DNA from: Sphingomonas sp.
Lineage (GTDB): Bacteria > Pseudomonadota > Alphaproteobacteria > Sphingomonadales > Sphingomonadaceae
Assembly: GCF_003248515.1 (NCBI RefSeq)
Contig: NZ_QFOB01000002.1
Span: 417,064-481,063 of the forward strand
Length of the DNA stretch: 64,000 nt
Reading direction: 5' to 3'
The position numbers and the translations under genes are program-made. Positions 63,011-64,000 of the stretch are shown here, piece after piece (the stretch's first letter is position 1; every line of letters begins with the position of its first letter). The notes beneath the pieces are model-generated. The model did no database searches. It was not told the origin of the DNA and saw nothing but the letters and a program-made list of their open reading frames with translations.

Positions 63011-64000
63011 TCAAAAAGCCCGCGCGGAAATGGAGCGGTCGTGGCGCCGCTGAAACCACCCGATCACGCGCATCGAAAGCAGATTGCGTGCCCGTTCGAG
63101 CCGCGTGGGATTCGTAACGATCCGGGCCTTGTAAAAGGACGGGCAAAGGATCGCGGCATGGGCAACCTCGCCGCAATTGCCGCAACCGACGCAGCTATTA
63201 TCGATATGTGTCACCGGATGGTCGCGCAAGGGATCGGGATTGGGCCTGACGCTGAGTGATGGGCAGCCCGAAAGCCTGATGCAGGCATGGTCGCCAGTGC
63301 AAGTGTCGGGATCGACGCCGAACCGTTCGCGCTCCACCCGCTTTCCCTCCCGTGCGGCCTTGGCCATCATCGGCTTTACCCGGCGCTGCTTGTTCAGCAT
63401 GCACTCCGATTGGGCGACGATCAGCTTGGGGCCCTTTTCCGGCGTGGTCAGGGCGTCTTTGAGCGTATCGCGCATCATGGCGACGTCATAAGTATGTGTG
63501 AGTGTTCGTGCCCAAGTGATGCCAAGCCCGCGAGCGGCCTTCTCGATGGGATTGTTGGTCTTGCGCGTGGGGTTCTGCGCCTTGGATGACAGGAGATCCT
63601 GGCCGCCCGTGGCGGCTGAATAGCCATTGTCGACAATGATCGTAACGTTGTCGTCCTGATTGAACACCGCATTGCCGATGCCGGAGGTAAGGCCGTTATG
63701 CCAGAAGCCCCCGTCACCCATCATCGCCACCGCACGTTTCGCGCCAGCCCCCTCGCTCGGCTTGAAGGCCGAAGCGGCCGCAGTGCCCAAACCATAGCCC
63801 ATCGTGGTATTGCCGATGTGGAACGGTGGCAGGATCGAGAAGAGATGGCAGCCTATGTCGGCCGAGACATGCAACTCGCCGAGCTCTCGTTGAACGAGCT
63901 TCATAGCCGAGAATATCGGGCGTTCGGGGCAACCCGTACAGAATCCCGCCGGACGGGGTGGGACCGCCTCCGCTAAATGACGTTCGGGAGGCACCGGCGC
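63011..64000 (-). CDS. iorA: Indolepyruvate:ferredoxin oxidoreductase alpha subunit, C-terminal part (5' end outside the window)
   Basis: FCTGCPERP, ADIGCH, TPP motif GDGGFWHNG...DNG and ferredoxin motifs CTGDHAC...GCP and CVGCGNC. Confidence 0.85.
   Translation of the reverse strand, partial: APVPPERHLAEAVPPRPAGFCTGCPERPIFSAMKLVQRELGELHVSADIGCHLFSILPPFHIGNTTMGYGLGTAAASAFKPSEGAGAKRAVAMMGDGGFWHNGLTSGIGNAVFNQDDNVTIIVDNGYSAATGGQDLLSSKAQNPTRKTNNPIEKAARGLGITWARTLTHTYDVAMMRDTLKDALTTPEKGPKLIVAQSECMLNKQRRVKPMMAKAAREGKRVERERFGVDPDTCTGDHACIRLSGCPSLSVRPNPDPLRDHPVTHIDNSCVGCGNCGEVAHAAILCPSFYKARIVTNPTRLERARNLLSMRVIGWFQRRHDRSISARAF

Overview
GC-rich alphaproteobacterial DNA (sphingomonad-like by gene content; the taxon is inferred) with three blocks. 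(1) 1-15021: a putative (galacto)mannan/mannoside utilisation locus with a partial TonB-dependent receptor, flavin-dependent halogenase, GH27, ROK repressor, sugar MFS, ROK kinase, LamG-GH2, zwf, manA and pgi, plus four candidate ROK operators. (2) About 15300-61187: a roughly 46 kb aromatic/phenolic catabolic region. It holds a Rieske oxygenase, three VAO/BBE-family flavoprotein + cytochrome c modules, two paralogous TonB receptors, seven proteins with Tat-like signals, four amidohydrolases, two acetoacetate-decarboxylase-like proteins, a VOC ring-cleavage dioxygenase, a FAD monooxygenase, an HpsN/HpsO-like pair and pcaIJF. (3) 61496-64000: an indolepyruvate oxidoreductase beta/alpha pair (alpha truncated). 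The most notable signal is a 20-bp AATT(A/C)GC-N9-AATT element in all six divergent promoter regions of block 2, including that of the TetR gene. It ties the block into one candidate regulon that appears to combine periplasmic, cytochrome-coupled flavoprotein oxidation with a flavonoid-type (fde-like) ring-cleavage route. I saw no CRISPR array, rRNA, tRNA, transposase or integrase. All family calls come from motif recognition by eye, not database searches.
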